The notes under the pieces are model-generated. The model saw only the letters and a list, made by a program, of their open reading frames with translations, ran no database searches and was not told where the DNA came from. A program made the translations under genes and the position numbers. From Leucoraja erinacea (Eukaryota), in NCBI RefSeq assembly GCF_028641065.1, contig NC_073387.1, positions 26,102,001 to 26,166,000 on the forward strand: a stretch of 64,000 nt of DNA, read 5' to 3'. The stretch's first letter is position 1. Every line of letters begins with the position of its first letter. Positions 40,181-53,273 of the stretch are shown piece by piece.

Positions 40181-40535
40181 NNNNNNNNNNNNNNNNNNNN
40201 NNNNNNNNNNNNNNNNNNNNNNNNNNNNNNNNNNNNNNNNNNNNNNNNNNNNNNNNNNNNNNNNNNNNNNNNNNNNNNNNNNNNNNNNNNNNNNNNNNNN
40301 NNNNNNNNNNNNNNNNNNNNNNNNNNNNNNNNNNNNNNNNNNNNNNNNNNNNNNNNNNNNNNNNNNNNNNNNNNNNNNNNNNNNNNNNNNNNNNNNNNNN
40401 NNNNNNNNNNNNNNNNNNNNNNNNNNNNNNNNNNNNNNNNNNNNNNNNNNNNNNNNNNNNNNNNNNNNNNNNNNNNNNNNNNNNNNNNNNNNNNNNNNNN
40501 NNNNNNNNNNNNNNNNNNNNNNNNNNNNNNNNNNN
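40181..40535. other. Assembly gap (355 N)
   Basis: Run of N. Confidence 1.
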
Positions 40536-41259
40536 CTCTCAGCCCCTTGAGCCCACCCACCATTCTGTAAAATTAAGGCCAATCCCAATGTAACTGCAAT
40601 CCCACTGTCCACTGGTAACTTTTCACCACTCGGCTTATCCAGAATTTTACCGCTGCCTGAAAAATAATCAAATGCTCAACTTCCACTGAGAAAGAGAATT
40701 ACCAAAGACTCATTGTTATACGAGTATTTTCCAGAACAGTCTGTGACCCATACTGCTGTGGCCATAGCGCTATGTTTAAAGCTCAAAGCGCTGCAGGCGG
40801 TAGCGCTAACTTTAGAACCCACAGTGCTACAGCCGACAGCTCTTTGTTTAAATTCCCACGCATTAAACTGACAGCGCTCTGTTTAAACCTTTGAGCGCCA
40901 AACTGGCAATGTTGTGTGTATTACCTTTACACCCCTTTGTGGGCCGGATGCGGAAGTTTCCCGAAATTATTCAATTTCCCTAAAAGATATTTCCCCGAAG
41001 ACAACCAGAATTCCTGAATTTCGGATAATTTCCTTCAAAGTGGAAACACTGTTCAACAGACAAGAATGTGGTGATGATGAGATATAGATTGCAATGTAGA
41101 ATTTTTAATTGATTTTAATTAAGGACTAATTATTGGCCAAGAACTGAGGTTATTTCTTGTTCTTTGAAATAATACCTTGGGCTGTTTCATATTCACCTCA
41201 ATTGCACGAGCTGCCACAGGAAGTAGCTGAGGTAGGTACAGGAACAATATATCAAAGAC

Positions 41260-42630
41260 ACCAAAGCTGGGTGGCAGTGTGAGCTGTGAAGAGGATGTTA
41301 GGAGGTTGCAGGCTGACCTGGACAGGTTGAGTGAGTGGGCAGACGCACGGCAGATGCAGTATAATATAGATAAATGTGAGATTATCCACTTTGGCGGCAA
41401 AAACAAGGGCGCAGATTTAAGGGGGAGGTACAGCGAGACCTGGGTGTCCTTGTACACCGGTCACTGAAAGTTGGCGTGCAGGTATAGCAGGCAGTAAAGA
41501 AAGTGAATGGATTGTTGGCCTTCATAACAAAAGGATTTCAGTATAGGAGTAAAGAGGTTCTTCTGCAGTTGTATAGGACTCTGGTGAGACCACATCTGGA
41601 GTATTGTGTACAGTTTCGGACTCCTAATTTGAGGAAGAACATCCTTGTGATTGCGGCTGTGCAGCGTAGGTTCACGAGATTGATTCCTGGGATGGCGGGA
41701 CTGTCATATGAGTGAAGATTGAAAAGGCTAGGCTTGAATTCACTGGAGTTTAGAAGGATGAGGGGGATTTTATAGAAACATATAAAATTATAAAAGGACT
41801 GGGCAAGCTAGATGCAAGAAAAATGTTCCCAATGTTGGGCGAGTCCAGAACCAGGGGCCACAGTCTTAGAATAAAGGGGAGGTCATTTAAGACTGAGGTG
41901 AGAAAAAACATTTTCACTCCAGAGAGTTGTGAATTTATGGAATTCCCTGCCACAGTGGAGGCCAAATCACTGGATGGATTTAAGAGAGAATTAGATAGAG
42001 CTCTAGGGGCTAGTGGAGTCAAGGGATTATGGGGAGAAGGCAGGCACGGGTTATTGATGGGGGACGATCAGCCATGATCACAATGAATGGCGGTGCTGGC
42101 TTGAAGGGCCGATTGGCCTCTTCCTGCACCTATATTCTATGTTTCCATGCTTTTGAGAGGGTGCAGAGGATGTTTACCAGAATGCTGCCTGGATGAGAGG
42201 GTTTCAGATGCAGGGAATGATTGGATAGACTTGGATTGGTTTCTCTGGAATGTCAGAGGTTGAGGGGAGACTTGATAGAATTATATAAAATTATGTAAAA
42301 CATAGATTGGTTAGTCAGTCAGAACATTTTTTCCCAGGGTGGAAATGTCCAAGAATAGAAGGCATAGCTATAAGATGAGAGGTGTAAAGTTTAATGGAGA
42401 TGTACAGGGCAAGGTTTTTTAAACAGAGTGTGGTTGGGACCTGGATCGCATTGCCAGGGCATGCACTGGAGGCTGATATGATAATGGCATTTAAGAGGCT
42501 TTTAGATAGGCATACGTAAGTGCAGGGAACTGCGGGCTATGGATTATGTACAGGCAGATGAGATCAGTTTAACTGGGCATCATGTTTGGCACAAACATTG
42601 TGGGCCAAAGGGCCTGTTCCTGTGCTGTAT
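41260..42630 (+). mobile_element. Two consecutive CR1 3' fragments
   Basis: LVRPHLEYCVQF and GESRTRGHSLRIKG motifs; the second fragment starts at ~42155. Confidence 0.85.
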
Positions 42631-43649
42631 CATTTTATAAAAATGGTTTGGAAGAATGTGGGCCAAACACAGACAAGTGGGGGCAAGTATAGGTTTGCCT
42701 TTGTTTACTTTCTGTAACTCCACCAATTGTTATGTTGTTTGCAAATTTGTTAACCAGCCTACCTACATTTTTATCCAAATCCAAATCATCTATATATTTT
42801 ATATATATCACAAATAACAGAGCTCACAGCACCCCTCTGGAACATTGCAGGTCACACGCCTCCAGTCAGATTAACACTACTCCACCACTACATTCTGTCT
42901 TCTATGGATAAGCCAATTTTGAATCCAATCTACCGAGTCTCTGTGGATCCCATATGCCATTTTTTTTTGGATCAGCCTACCATGAGGGATCTTGCGGAAT
43001 GTTTCATTAGGGCCCCTGTAGACAACATCCATTGCCTCATCAATCATATTTGTCAGCTCCTCAAAAAGCATGGTATAAAATTTGTGAGAAGGGACCTCAC
43101 ACAAAGAAACCCTTGCTGACTATCCTTAAGTTCATGTTTTCATATATCTGAGTAAATTCTAGATAAAGGAGAATCATAAAATATTCTACAAGTATATTAA
43201 AAGTTAGAGAGTAGCTAATGGGTCAATGTGGTCATCTATTTGTGGATTAGTTCAGTTTTATCAGTTCAGTTCAGTTTTATTTGTCATATGTAGGTTAACA
43301 CAGGGTCAACGGTACAATGAAATATGTTTGATAAGACAACGAGTTACCTCAGCAATGGTATTGCAAGGATAATATTAAGGTAAAAAAGATAAGACAAAAG
43401 TGACATTGGTAGATAAAAGACAATGATAAATAAAATAATTAACATATATGATGCATTTATGAGTTCAGAATCCTGATGGCAAGATGATAAAAAACTGTTC
43501 TTAAGTCTAGTGGTACGTGTAGCCATGTTATGGGTAATATGTGAGGTTTTGAAATAATACTTTACTTTAAATTAATGTGTTTACTTTGGAGAAGGATGTG
43601 GAAGCTAGTGGGATCAGGAGAGGGAGCAGAAAAAGCACGGAGTATTTCA

Positions 43650-44995
43650 AGACATAGAGTGACACAGTGTGGAAACAGGTCCTTCGGCACAACTTGCCCA
43701 CACCGGCCAACAATGGGGATCCCAGCTACACTAGTCCCACTTGCCTGCGCTTGGTCCATATCCCTCCAAACCTGTCCAATCCGTGTACCTGTCTAACTGT
43801 TTCTTAAATGATGGGATAGTCCCAACCTCAACTACCTCCTCTGGCAGCTTCTTCCATACACCCACCACCCTTTGTGTGAAAAAGTTACCCCTTGGATTCC
43901 TACTAAATCTTTTCCCCTTCACCTTGAACCTATGTCCTCTGGTCCTTGATTCCCCACCTCTGGGCTAAAGACTCTGTAAATCTACTCAATCTATTCTTCT
44001 CATGATTTTGTATACCTCTATAAGATCTCCCCTCATCCTCCTGCGCTCCATGGAATAGAGATCCAGCCTACTGAACCTCTCCCTATAACTCACACCCTCT
44101 AGTCCTGGCAACATCCTCGTAAATCTTTTCTAAACCTTTTCAAGCTTGACAATATCTTTCCAATAACATAGTGGCCAGAACTGTACACAATATTCTAAAT
44201 GTGGTCTCACCAATGTCTTATACAACTGCAACATGACCTCCCAACTTCTATACTCAATACTCTGACTGATGAAGGCCAAAGTGCCAAAAGCCTTTTTGGC
44301 TACCTTATCTACCTGTGACTCGACCTTTATGGAACCAATCACCTGTACTCCAAGATCTCTATGCTCTACAACACTCCCCAGAGGCTTACCATTTACTGTG
44401 TAGGCCCTGCCTTTGTACGACGTCGTAAAATGCAACACCTCACACTTCTCTGTATTAAATTCCATCAACCATTCCCACACCCACCTGGCCAATCGATCCA
44501 GATCCTGCTGCAATTGTTCACAACCATCTTCACTATCTGCAAAACCATTAACTTTTGTATCATCAGCAAACTTGCTAATCTTGTCCTGTATGTTCTCATC
44601 CAAATCATTGATTTAGATGACAAACAGTAATGGGCCCAACACTGAACCCTGAGGAACACCACTAGTCGCAGGCATCCAGTCTGCGAAGCAACCTTCCACC
44701 ATTACCCTCTGCTTCCTCCCATGGAGCCAATTTGCTATCCATTCAGCTATCTCTCCTTGTATCCCATGCGATCTAACCTTCCAGAGCAGCCTACCTTGTC
44801 GAATGCCTTACAGAAGTCCATGTACACATCTACAGCTCTGCCTTCATCAACCTTTTTGGTTAAATCTTCAATAAAATCAATCAGATTTGTGATACACGAC
44901 CTCACAAGTATAAAACCATGCCGACTTTCCCTAATCAGACCTTGCCCATCCAAATGCCTGTATATCCTATCCCTCAGAATACATTTCAGTAACTT
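43650..44995 (-). mobile_element. CR1 RT fragment
   Basis: VDVYMDFCKAFDKV, ISKFADDTK and LVRPHLEYCVQFW motifs. Confidence 0.88.
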
Positions 44996-47900
44996 GCAAC
45001 ATAAGATTACAACCTGCTCTTACTTTTGCACACTGAAAGTGTGTGTTTGACTGCTGCACCACAGCAATGTTTATGTTTGCTAGCAGCTTAAACGCTGATC
45101 TATTTAAAGCATTTCCTTGCTAGTGGACTGATCATGTAAAGGCGAAGAAACAGCTGAAAGATGGCCGGTTGGTCTATAGTTTGAAATAGCCAGTTCATTG
45201 TAATTTGGGACTCATTTCCAGATACCCAAGGCTTTTCCACTTTGTCCCAAAGTAGAATTGCAGTAGAATTATCTCCACTTACCAGGATGGTTATAGCACT
45301 GTCAACTCTACAGATATGATGCCATTCAGTACAAGCCTCCTTCCTGTTAAATATATACCCTGATCAGAGTCATGTGAAGAGTAATCCAAAATATTATTAT
45401 TTGGCACCAATACACAATTCTAGCTGTACTTTCTTGGCATGGGAAAGTCTTCTGCTAGTGGGTAAAGTGGTCAATCAGTACTAAACATTACCTTTTATTT
45501 TGAGACTAGGGTAAAGATCTTGTGAAATCTATCTGTATATATTTGTCAGCAGGCAAGACACACTCTCCCATTTGGCACATCAACTATCTAGTGCTGTCCA
45601 TAATTTCCCTGCTTCAAAGAGTTGCAGTGTACTTCCCTGCTTCTAAGAGACGTCCGTAAAACTATTGACGCCCTCGGCGAGATGGATTCTGAGACTTCCA
45701 CTGCCCTTGTCATACAGTTGAATACTTGATCACATCAATGCAGCCCAGCCACCACTCGACTTTGCATAATTGAATAGTATGCGACTGGCCTCATTCTGTC
45801 CCCGTGGTTCGTGTTATTACTGCCTTTATTACCCTCTCCCGTTATCACAGTACAAATAGAAGAGATTAGTCAGAGTGCTGGAGCGAGGTCAGGGTTTGAT
45901 GGAGTTTTGCCATCCGGTGAATTGACCCTAATTCTGTAGTTGCCTCTGTCCCTCTACATGATTAGGTTACAACCCCCAATGTCTATTTCAACTTTACTGA
46001 ACGTTTTTCCTTCCAATATTTAATATGTAAAAGAATATGTGTGTGTTTATGATTGTGTTTATAGTTTGTTTGGTTGTTTGTTTGTTTGTCTTTTTGCACA
46101 AAGTCCGCGAGCATTGCCACTTTTCATTTCACTGCACATCTTGTATGTGTATGTGACGAATAAACGTGACTTGACTAAGGAAGCAACTCAGCTATAATTA
46201 TGTTGAGGAATCTAAATACAACGAGAGGTCAATTCAATGCCTCTCCTAACATCCTTAAGTTCCCTTCACTATATTGGTCTATTTTCCCATCATGCTTCCT
46301 CAGTATGTAAGCTCTTGGGTTAAACATATTACAATCTACTCATCTTTTTGATGATTTTTGGAATTTCCTACATCAGGCAGCAATAGTGACTTACCACATT
46401 TGTTACCGTATTCACTCTCACCAGCTTAGAGGCTGATACTTTGCCTAATGGAGAACATAAAGGTGGAATCTGGGTGATTGGCTTGGAGAGGGACAGGGGG
46501 AAGTACAGAAGGATGCCAATTCACTCAATGGCAAAGTATCTCAAGAAAGTTATGACTCATGATTTAGCTGAGAGCATTCATGGGGCCAACTCACACAGTG
46601 AAACTATTAGGGTGCATCTTCTTTGGCAGTCTCTCAGTTTCAGGTTAAGTGGATTCTGTGGTAACAGAATCCAATGTAGATGGGGGAAGAGGGTTGATCC
46701 ATGATGTGGAGTTCTCCTTCTCTTGTGTGCTTCTCACACATGGACTCAAGATTCTCAGTGCCAAACCAAATGCTTCTCCACATCAAGAGGTCATGGCCCA
46801 GAGTTTCCCAGGAATCAGTGGAAATTTTGCAATATTTTCATGGAGGTTTTGAAAATGACTTTGGATTTATTTCTCAGTCCACCTTGTAAGTTATTCCTAT
46901 GATAGAGCTCCGAATATTATGTCTGCTTCGGAAATCTGATGCTGGGTATGCAAAGATCATGGTCTTTCAAACCGATCCATTTGAGTATAATTAGATGTTC
47001 ATTGCTGGACATGTGGGAGTGGGAGAGGACGTTAACCGTGGCAGTGGCAGTGGCAGCCAACATCGTCCACAGCACTACTCACAGTTTTCTTTTGTCCATG
47101 ATCATGACTCCGTCTATAAGCGAAGTCCCAACCACTAAATGTCCGCAGGGCTGTGTTGTACCCTTGAGTACGAGCTAAACCAGCACAACCGATGTTACAC
47201 TTTAATTTGTCAACTTCTTTCTTGGTTGAAACCTTATCAGCAATTAGACAATAAACAATAGGTACAGGAGTAGGCCATTCGGCCTTTTGAGCCACTGTGA
47301 TCATGGCTGATCATCCACAATCAGTACCCCCGTTCCTGCCTCCTCCCCATATCCCTTGACTTCGCTATCTTTAAGAGCTCTATCTAACTCACTAATTAGT
47401 GATTTAGAGCAGGATACCTCTGCACTATGTTTACATAAGTTAACTAAGGACACTACAGAATCTTACTACAGAATGTTTACTTTGTTGTTCGTTAGCCATT
47501 GTCATCTTCTATGTCCCATCCTACATCTTTAATCCTTTCCTTCCAAGGAATCGCTACCCAATGTAATACAAGATACAAGATACATTTATTTGTCACATGT
47601 GCCAGTTGGCACGGTGAAACGTGATCACCATACAGCCATACAATAAAATAAAGAACACAACACACGATAGAGTTCAGCATAAAACATCCCCGCACAGCAG
47701 AATCAAAAGTTTCCCACTGTGAGGGAAGGCACCAAAGTCAGTCATTTTCCTCTGATGTTCACCCGTGGTCGGGGTCTACGGAGCCCTCCGCAGTCGCCTC
47801 TACGGGCAGCCCGCCGCTCAGGCACGCTCGCCGGGGTGTTGGCACTCCGACGTCGGAACAGGAGGCCAACCTCAGCGGCTTGGACCTCCATATCAGCCAC

Positions 47901-50009
47901 TTCTCACCAGAGTCCGCAGCTCCCGACGTCCCCAGGCCGCGCCGGGCGGCGATTCAACGCTGGCGGCCCTCAGTAAAGGGCCCCAGGACTCCGCGATGTC
48001 GGTCAGCGCCGCCCACGCTGGGAGCTCCGCGAACCACAGCCCCGTGATGTTGGAACAGCGGCCCAACGCTCCGTAGCTTCAAACAGGATCCAGGTAGGTA
48101 TTGCCGCTCTATGGTGAATCGAGCACCACACCACCACTGCCGAAGCTCTGGTCCAGCCCCCGGTCTCCAGCAGGAAAGGCCACTCCGATCCAGTGGTAGG
48201 CCACGAGGTGGGGGGCGAGGACGCTACTCGGAGAAATAGTCGCATCCTCGCCAGGAAGCGACTGGGAAGCGGTTTCCCCTTACCCCTCCCCCACATAGAA
48301 AAACAAAAGATTCCCCAAACAAATCTATTTAGACAAACTAAAATTTAAAAAAGATAAGAAAAAACGGACAGGCTGTAGGCCGAGGTACCTTCAATGCAGC
48401 ACCCCTAGTGTAATAGACGTTAGTCTATTACAACCTGAACCTCTCCTAACAGGGCACGCTTGCTTTCATTGGGAAAAATATTGAGCACAAAAGATGGGGC
48501 CTCATGATGCAGCTGTAGAATTTGTTGGTGAGACCACACGGAGTATAGTATGTAGTTCTGGTCACCAAGCTATAGGGAGGATGTTGCCTTGGCTTGAGGC
48601 CTTGAGTTGTGGGACTGATTGGTTAGGCTGGGAATTCTTTCCTTGGAGCATTGGAGGCTGAGGTGTGACCTTATTAAGGTCTACAAGATAACGGGGTGCA
48701 TGGATAAGGCGGACGCTCATAGTATATTTACCAGATACAGAATTAGAAAATTAGAAGATATAAGCTGATGTTAAGAAGGTAGGATTTATGAGGGACCTCA
48801 GGGACAACTTTTTAATTCAGGGGTTGGTCTGTATTTGGTTGAGGAAGCTGTACAGGTGGATACAAATACACCTTTAAAATGTTAATTGGAGAGATATATG
48901 GATATGAAGGTTTTGGAGACACGAAAATGGGACAGCAGAAAATGCCAACTTGGGCGGAGCGGACAAAGTTTCTGTGCTGTAGAGCTCTATGACTATGATT
49001 AAATCCTGTGCTTCCAGTGTGCAAATTAGGGTGAACTCCAGGCAGAGATTTGGAGGGTAAAACGAGGAGCGTAGAGAAAGAGAGAAGGCAGTCTGCATAT
49101 CTCCTTTCAACTCTGTACACATACATTGACCACTTCATAATGTGGTTTCTCATGTTCCTATAGCAAATTCCATTGCAATTTGGTTTGGTTTTACATAGTT
49201 AAGATTGTCTCATCTCAGCACAGGAGGCAGATGCCGAGCAGAAGGGGCAGTGGTTCCATCAACTTAAACTTAATCTCTTTGAAGAATGTTGCATTAATTC
49301 TCCCACCAATGGCACTCTGCCAGTGACTATAATCAGTGAACCAGGCTCTTTCTGTGCAGAAAGATGATGTTTAGGTTACGCTTCCACCCATTCTGCAGCA
49401 GCAGAGTGGAGATTACTGGAGCAGGAGCCAGAATTGTGGACTATGCTTTAATGGTGTGGATTCAAACCCCACCATGATGGCAGGGAAACTTGCATTTGAG
49501 CAATTCAATAAAAATAGATTTTACTTTTAAAAGCTCATCTCACAAAGAGTAATCATGAAATTACCATATTAATCATAAAAGCCCATCTGGTTCACACAGA
49601 AATCTACTATCCATACCGGATCTAAGTGTATCTCTAAAGGTGGACATTATCTGCCTCCTAAGATCAGGGAGAATTACGAATTGGACATTAAATGGGGATA
49701 ATTAGATTTTAAAATATTTTCTCCTCGTGCTCCTCAGAATGGTGAGGTTGTCACTGATTACATGCCATGACGCTAGTGAATGACTTCATAACATTGTATA
49801 CACGCTGCTCACGTTTACAGTTGTATACTCGTCATCAGCCATTGTATTCCTGGAGTAGGGAAGGTGGCAAGAGTAACAGTTGGACCAGTCATATTATTAT
49901 AGTTCACAAGTAGCTACACTTTGGTTTGTCATGATGGCTTAAATGTAGAAGGTACAGCAGGGATTGTGATACCAAGACATGGGGTTTTGTTGGTCTGCCA
50001 CATTATTTG

Positions 50010-50520
50010 TTTGTTTTTTTAATTATTAAAAAAATATATATATTAGAAGCAAATGTACAAGAGTAGAACCAACGGCAAGTAAAATTATACAGTTATTGTA
50101 CAGCTGCAATTTTAACTTTTTAGCTTTGAATTAGAAGAAAGGAAAGGAGAAAAAGCAAGAAAGAGAAAATGTGAGATGTGCAAAGATAGGACCCCTAGAC
50201 TACCAAAGTAGTGTAGCCAAAGAGTGAATAAAAGAAAGAAAGAAGAGAGAAAGAGAAAAAAATAAAAGGACGAAAGAGAAAGAGAAAGAAAAGTGGTGAT
50301 ATACCTGCCTCTCACCCCTCCCCACCCACCTCCCCCAACCCATAATTAGATTTAAATCCAAAGTTGTGTTGCGCCATACTATCCTTGTAAGAAATCAATG
50401 AATGGTGTCCATGTCTTGGAAAAATGATCTGTTTTTTCTGCCAAGACAAGTCTAATATTTTCAAGATGTAGTGTCTCGGATATGTTTATAATCCACCTTA
50501 AGAGTAGGGACTGATGTATG
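50010..50520 (-). mobile_element. L1-clade 3' fragment
   Basis: Similar to the L1 3' end at 56814-57340 (tattagaag..., purine-rich tract, ORF2 terminus). Confidence 0.6.
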
Positions 50521-50698
50521 TTTCCAAAATCTCAGAAATAATGTCTGTTTTGCCTTATGTGGAAAATTAATGTTAGAATGAATCTTGGAAAATAGTGATG
50601 TTTTGGATCCAAGACCTTCTATACCTTACCTTGTTTTTAGGCACCATAGCGGATTCCTTGCTAGTGATATCAGCCGGAATTGTATTCTTTTTCCTCAG

Positions 50699-50760
50699 GT
50701 ACCCGAGAAATTCTGAGCTCTACAATAACTACGAATGAAATCAACAGTACTTCCGAACAA
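50699..50760 (+). CDS. TIM-like mucin/stalk exon 2
   Basis: tcctcag acceptor, CAA/GTAAGC donor, 62 nt, phase 1-0. Encodes GTREILSSTITTNEINSTSEQ. Confidence 0.8.
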
Positions 50761-50797
50761 GTAAGCATATATAAAAGGTTCAAACTACATAAAATCT

Positions 50798-50989
50798 AAG
50801 GTACACAAAAATGCTGGAGAAACACAGCGGGTGCAGCAGCATTTATGGAGCGAAGGAAATAAGGCAACGTTTCGGCCCGAAACCTTTCTTCAGACTGAAG
50901 AAGGGTTTCGGCCCGAAACGTTGCCTATTTCCTTCGCTCCATAGATGCTGCTGCACCCGCTGAGTTTCTCCAGCATTTTTGTGTACCTT
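50798..50989. repeat. ~190-bp near-perfect palindrome of two inverted Penelope-derived 3' repeats
   Basis: Arms aaggtacacaaaaatgctggag... / ...ctccagcatttttgtgtacctt. Flanking direct repeat tacataaaatctaa at 50786-50799 and 51022-51035. Confidence 0.85.
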
Positions 50990-51103
50990 TGATTTTCCAG
51001 CATCTGCAGTTCCTTCTTAAATACATAAAATCTAAAGTATATCTAGAACATCGAACACTTTTATGCAGGTGTTTTAATGGATGCTGCAATAAATCAGTCT
51101 CTA

Positions 51104-51466
51104 TGCAACGACCCAGTTATACCGACACCAAACGTCGTGAATAAACGGTTTCTTCATACAGGCATTATAGGCAGATATACATACACGTTGGTCCTCTAAC
51201 ATAAAAGTAATTGTTGCTGCTGCAAGGCTGTTGCCTCGTGGGCTTGAGTTGAACTCTTGCTGAGGTGGCAGGACACTCACCCGAAGAGGGAAGAGAGCTG
51301 GTCAGCTCGTAGTGAGAGAGAGGGTTGACCCGGGGTTCGTTATAAATACTAGGACACACCGCTATACCCCGTGACAACTACTCCCTGCCATTGCCCAGTC
51401 ACGTGACCCTACCCCCGACTGCTGAGGGTTCGTGTAGCTCGTGGCCCAACCACCAGGTGTCGCCAC
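51104..51466 (-). mobile_element. Possible solo LTR
   Basis: The minus strand begins TGTGGCGACACCTGGTGG, ends ...TTGCA and has an internal TATTTATAA. No TSD seen. Confidence 0.3.
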
Positions 51467-52249
51467 ACAGTATCAGTTTTCAATTTTTCTAATTATTCAT
51501 TGGCTTACAGACTTAGTGGCAAAATTCCACAGAAGGGAATGTAGAGCTGCATTTTGAAATGTCTGAAAAAATTAATTATAAATCTGTATGGATATAAATA
51601 CATTTTCATGTAATATGCATTTTATTTTTATGTAATAATCTAAATTGTGGCAATTTATTGAAAGCCTCCTAAAATTACAAGTATGTTTGATCACCTGGTT
51701 TGTTCTTGTCAATTTCTGTTATTAAACTATCCAGAATCCATGGAATTTTGGAGATGGAAAAACACTCCTAGAGTTTAGAAGAATGAGGGGTGACATTGAA
51801 ACATAGAGAATAATAAATTCTTCAATAGAGTGGATGTGGAGACAATGTTTCCACGAGTGGGAGAGTCTAGGACTAGAGGTCATAGCCACAGAATTAAAGA
51901 ACTTCTTTTGGGAAGGAGATGAGGAGACATTTATTTTGTCAAAGGCTGGTGAATCTGTGGAATTCTTTGCCACAGAAGGCTGGGGAGGCCGAGTTAGCGG
52001 ATATTTTTAAGGCAGAGATAGAAACATTTTTGATTAGTACAGGTGTTAGAAGTTATGGGGAGTAGGCAGGAGAATAGGGTTTGGAGGGCGATCTATGATT
52101 CAATCATGATTGATTGGCGGAGTAGACTTGATGGGCCGAATGGCCTTATGACCTTTTGCCCTTATAATGGTCAATGGTTGCAGTACGTGCATTTTAGATT
52201 TAAAATAGTGAAGAAAATCTTGTTCTCTGATTTTGTGTATCTATTTCAG

Positions 52250-52358
52250 GTTCCCGATGACCTGGTAAACATCCTGGTTTCTTATCTTGCCTGGGCAGCC
52301 CGTGTCTTAGTTTTCATCTGCTTTCTTGCAATCACTCTGCTCCTTTTTCAATGGAAAT
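52250..52358 (+). CDS. TIM-like transmembrane exon (Arg in TM)
   Basis: tttcag acceptor, T/GTAAGT donor, phase 0-1. Encodes VPDDLVNILVSYLAWAARVLVFICFLAITLLLFQWK. Confidence 0.88.
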
Positions 52359-53273
52359 GTAAGTGTCACTGTCTGGGAACCTGCTTTTTACTCAAAACAA
52401 TTTGTTGCGATATTTGTGCAAGTTCTTGTTAACATGGAACATACAGTATGACCCTGAGTTTGAGTTGATGCAGGGGAGAAGAATGAATGGTAGGTAAACC
52501 AGAAAATACATTTTAAGAATTAAAATGTACTTTAATACACATGTGAAGAAATAGGAAAGATGTAACCAAATAGATGGGGATTTCAAGGCATCCATACGGC
52601 CAGAGCTATATTGGCCAAGTCCCCTGCCTTTGATGGTGGAGATGAGGAATGGCAGCACATGAGTGGGAGAGTTAAAAGAATGGGAGACTAATGCTAGGAG
52701 GCAGACTCGAGAATGATGCAGGGTTACAATAGGGAGAGGTCATGGATGGGGTGCAGAAATGATTTTAAAGACATGGAGAACAGATATCTAATATCTAATA
52801 GAGGATATCTAATAGAGGTTGGCAATTTAACGAAGCAAGATAAATTGGGGAGAAGGATGTGATATTGGATTAAATGTGGGAAGGAACTATTTCTAAGTGA
52901 AAGTTTATGTAATCTTAGCAATTGTAAGACCCCGCACGAATGTTTTCAAGGTGTTAAAGTAAATTAATGGATATTGAAATTGATATTTTCTAATGAATTG
53001 GGAGAATAGGGTTATATGGCATTGCTAAAACTGAAACTGGATCTTTCAGAATAGAATATAGGAATTACTTCCACACGGAAAGTCTGATAGCAGTTCAGAA
53101 TTTTCAGGTATTAATATTGAATTTATGAAGTTTCTGTTACTCAAAAATCCAAATCAATATTGGGAACATTTTATGCTTCAGGTTAATATATAATTTTGGT
53201 GAAGCATACTTGAAAGATCATTAATATTTTGAAACAATCGAAGATCGTTAAAATTTTTGTTTCTGATTCATAG

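Noticed and set aside
39984-40612. ORFs spanning X runs
   Set aside because: Caused by the N gap.
40760-40910. Short ~32-bp periodic motifs (agcgct...tttaaa) superficially like a repeat-spacer array
   Set aside because: Highly degenerate tandem repeat in a vertebrate context, with no identical repeats, unique spacers or cas genes.
45286-45660. Two possible extra TIM exons (DGYSTVNSTDMMPFS... at 45286; GKTHSPIWHINYLVL...* at ~45553)
   Set aside because: The first has the wrong phase and a weak donor, and the second has no supporting homology. The model is already in frame without them.
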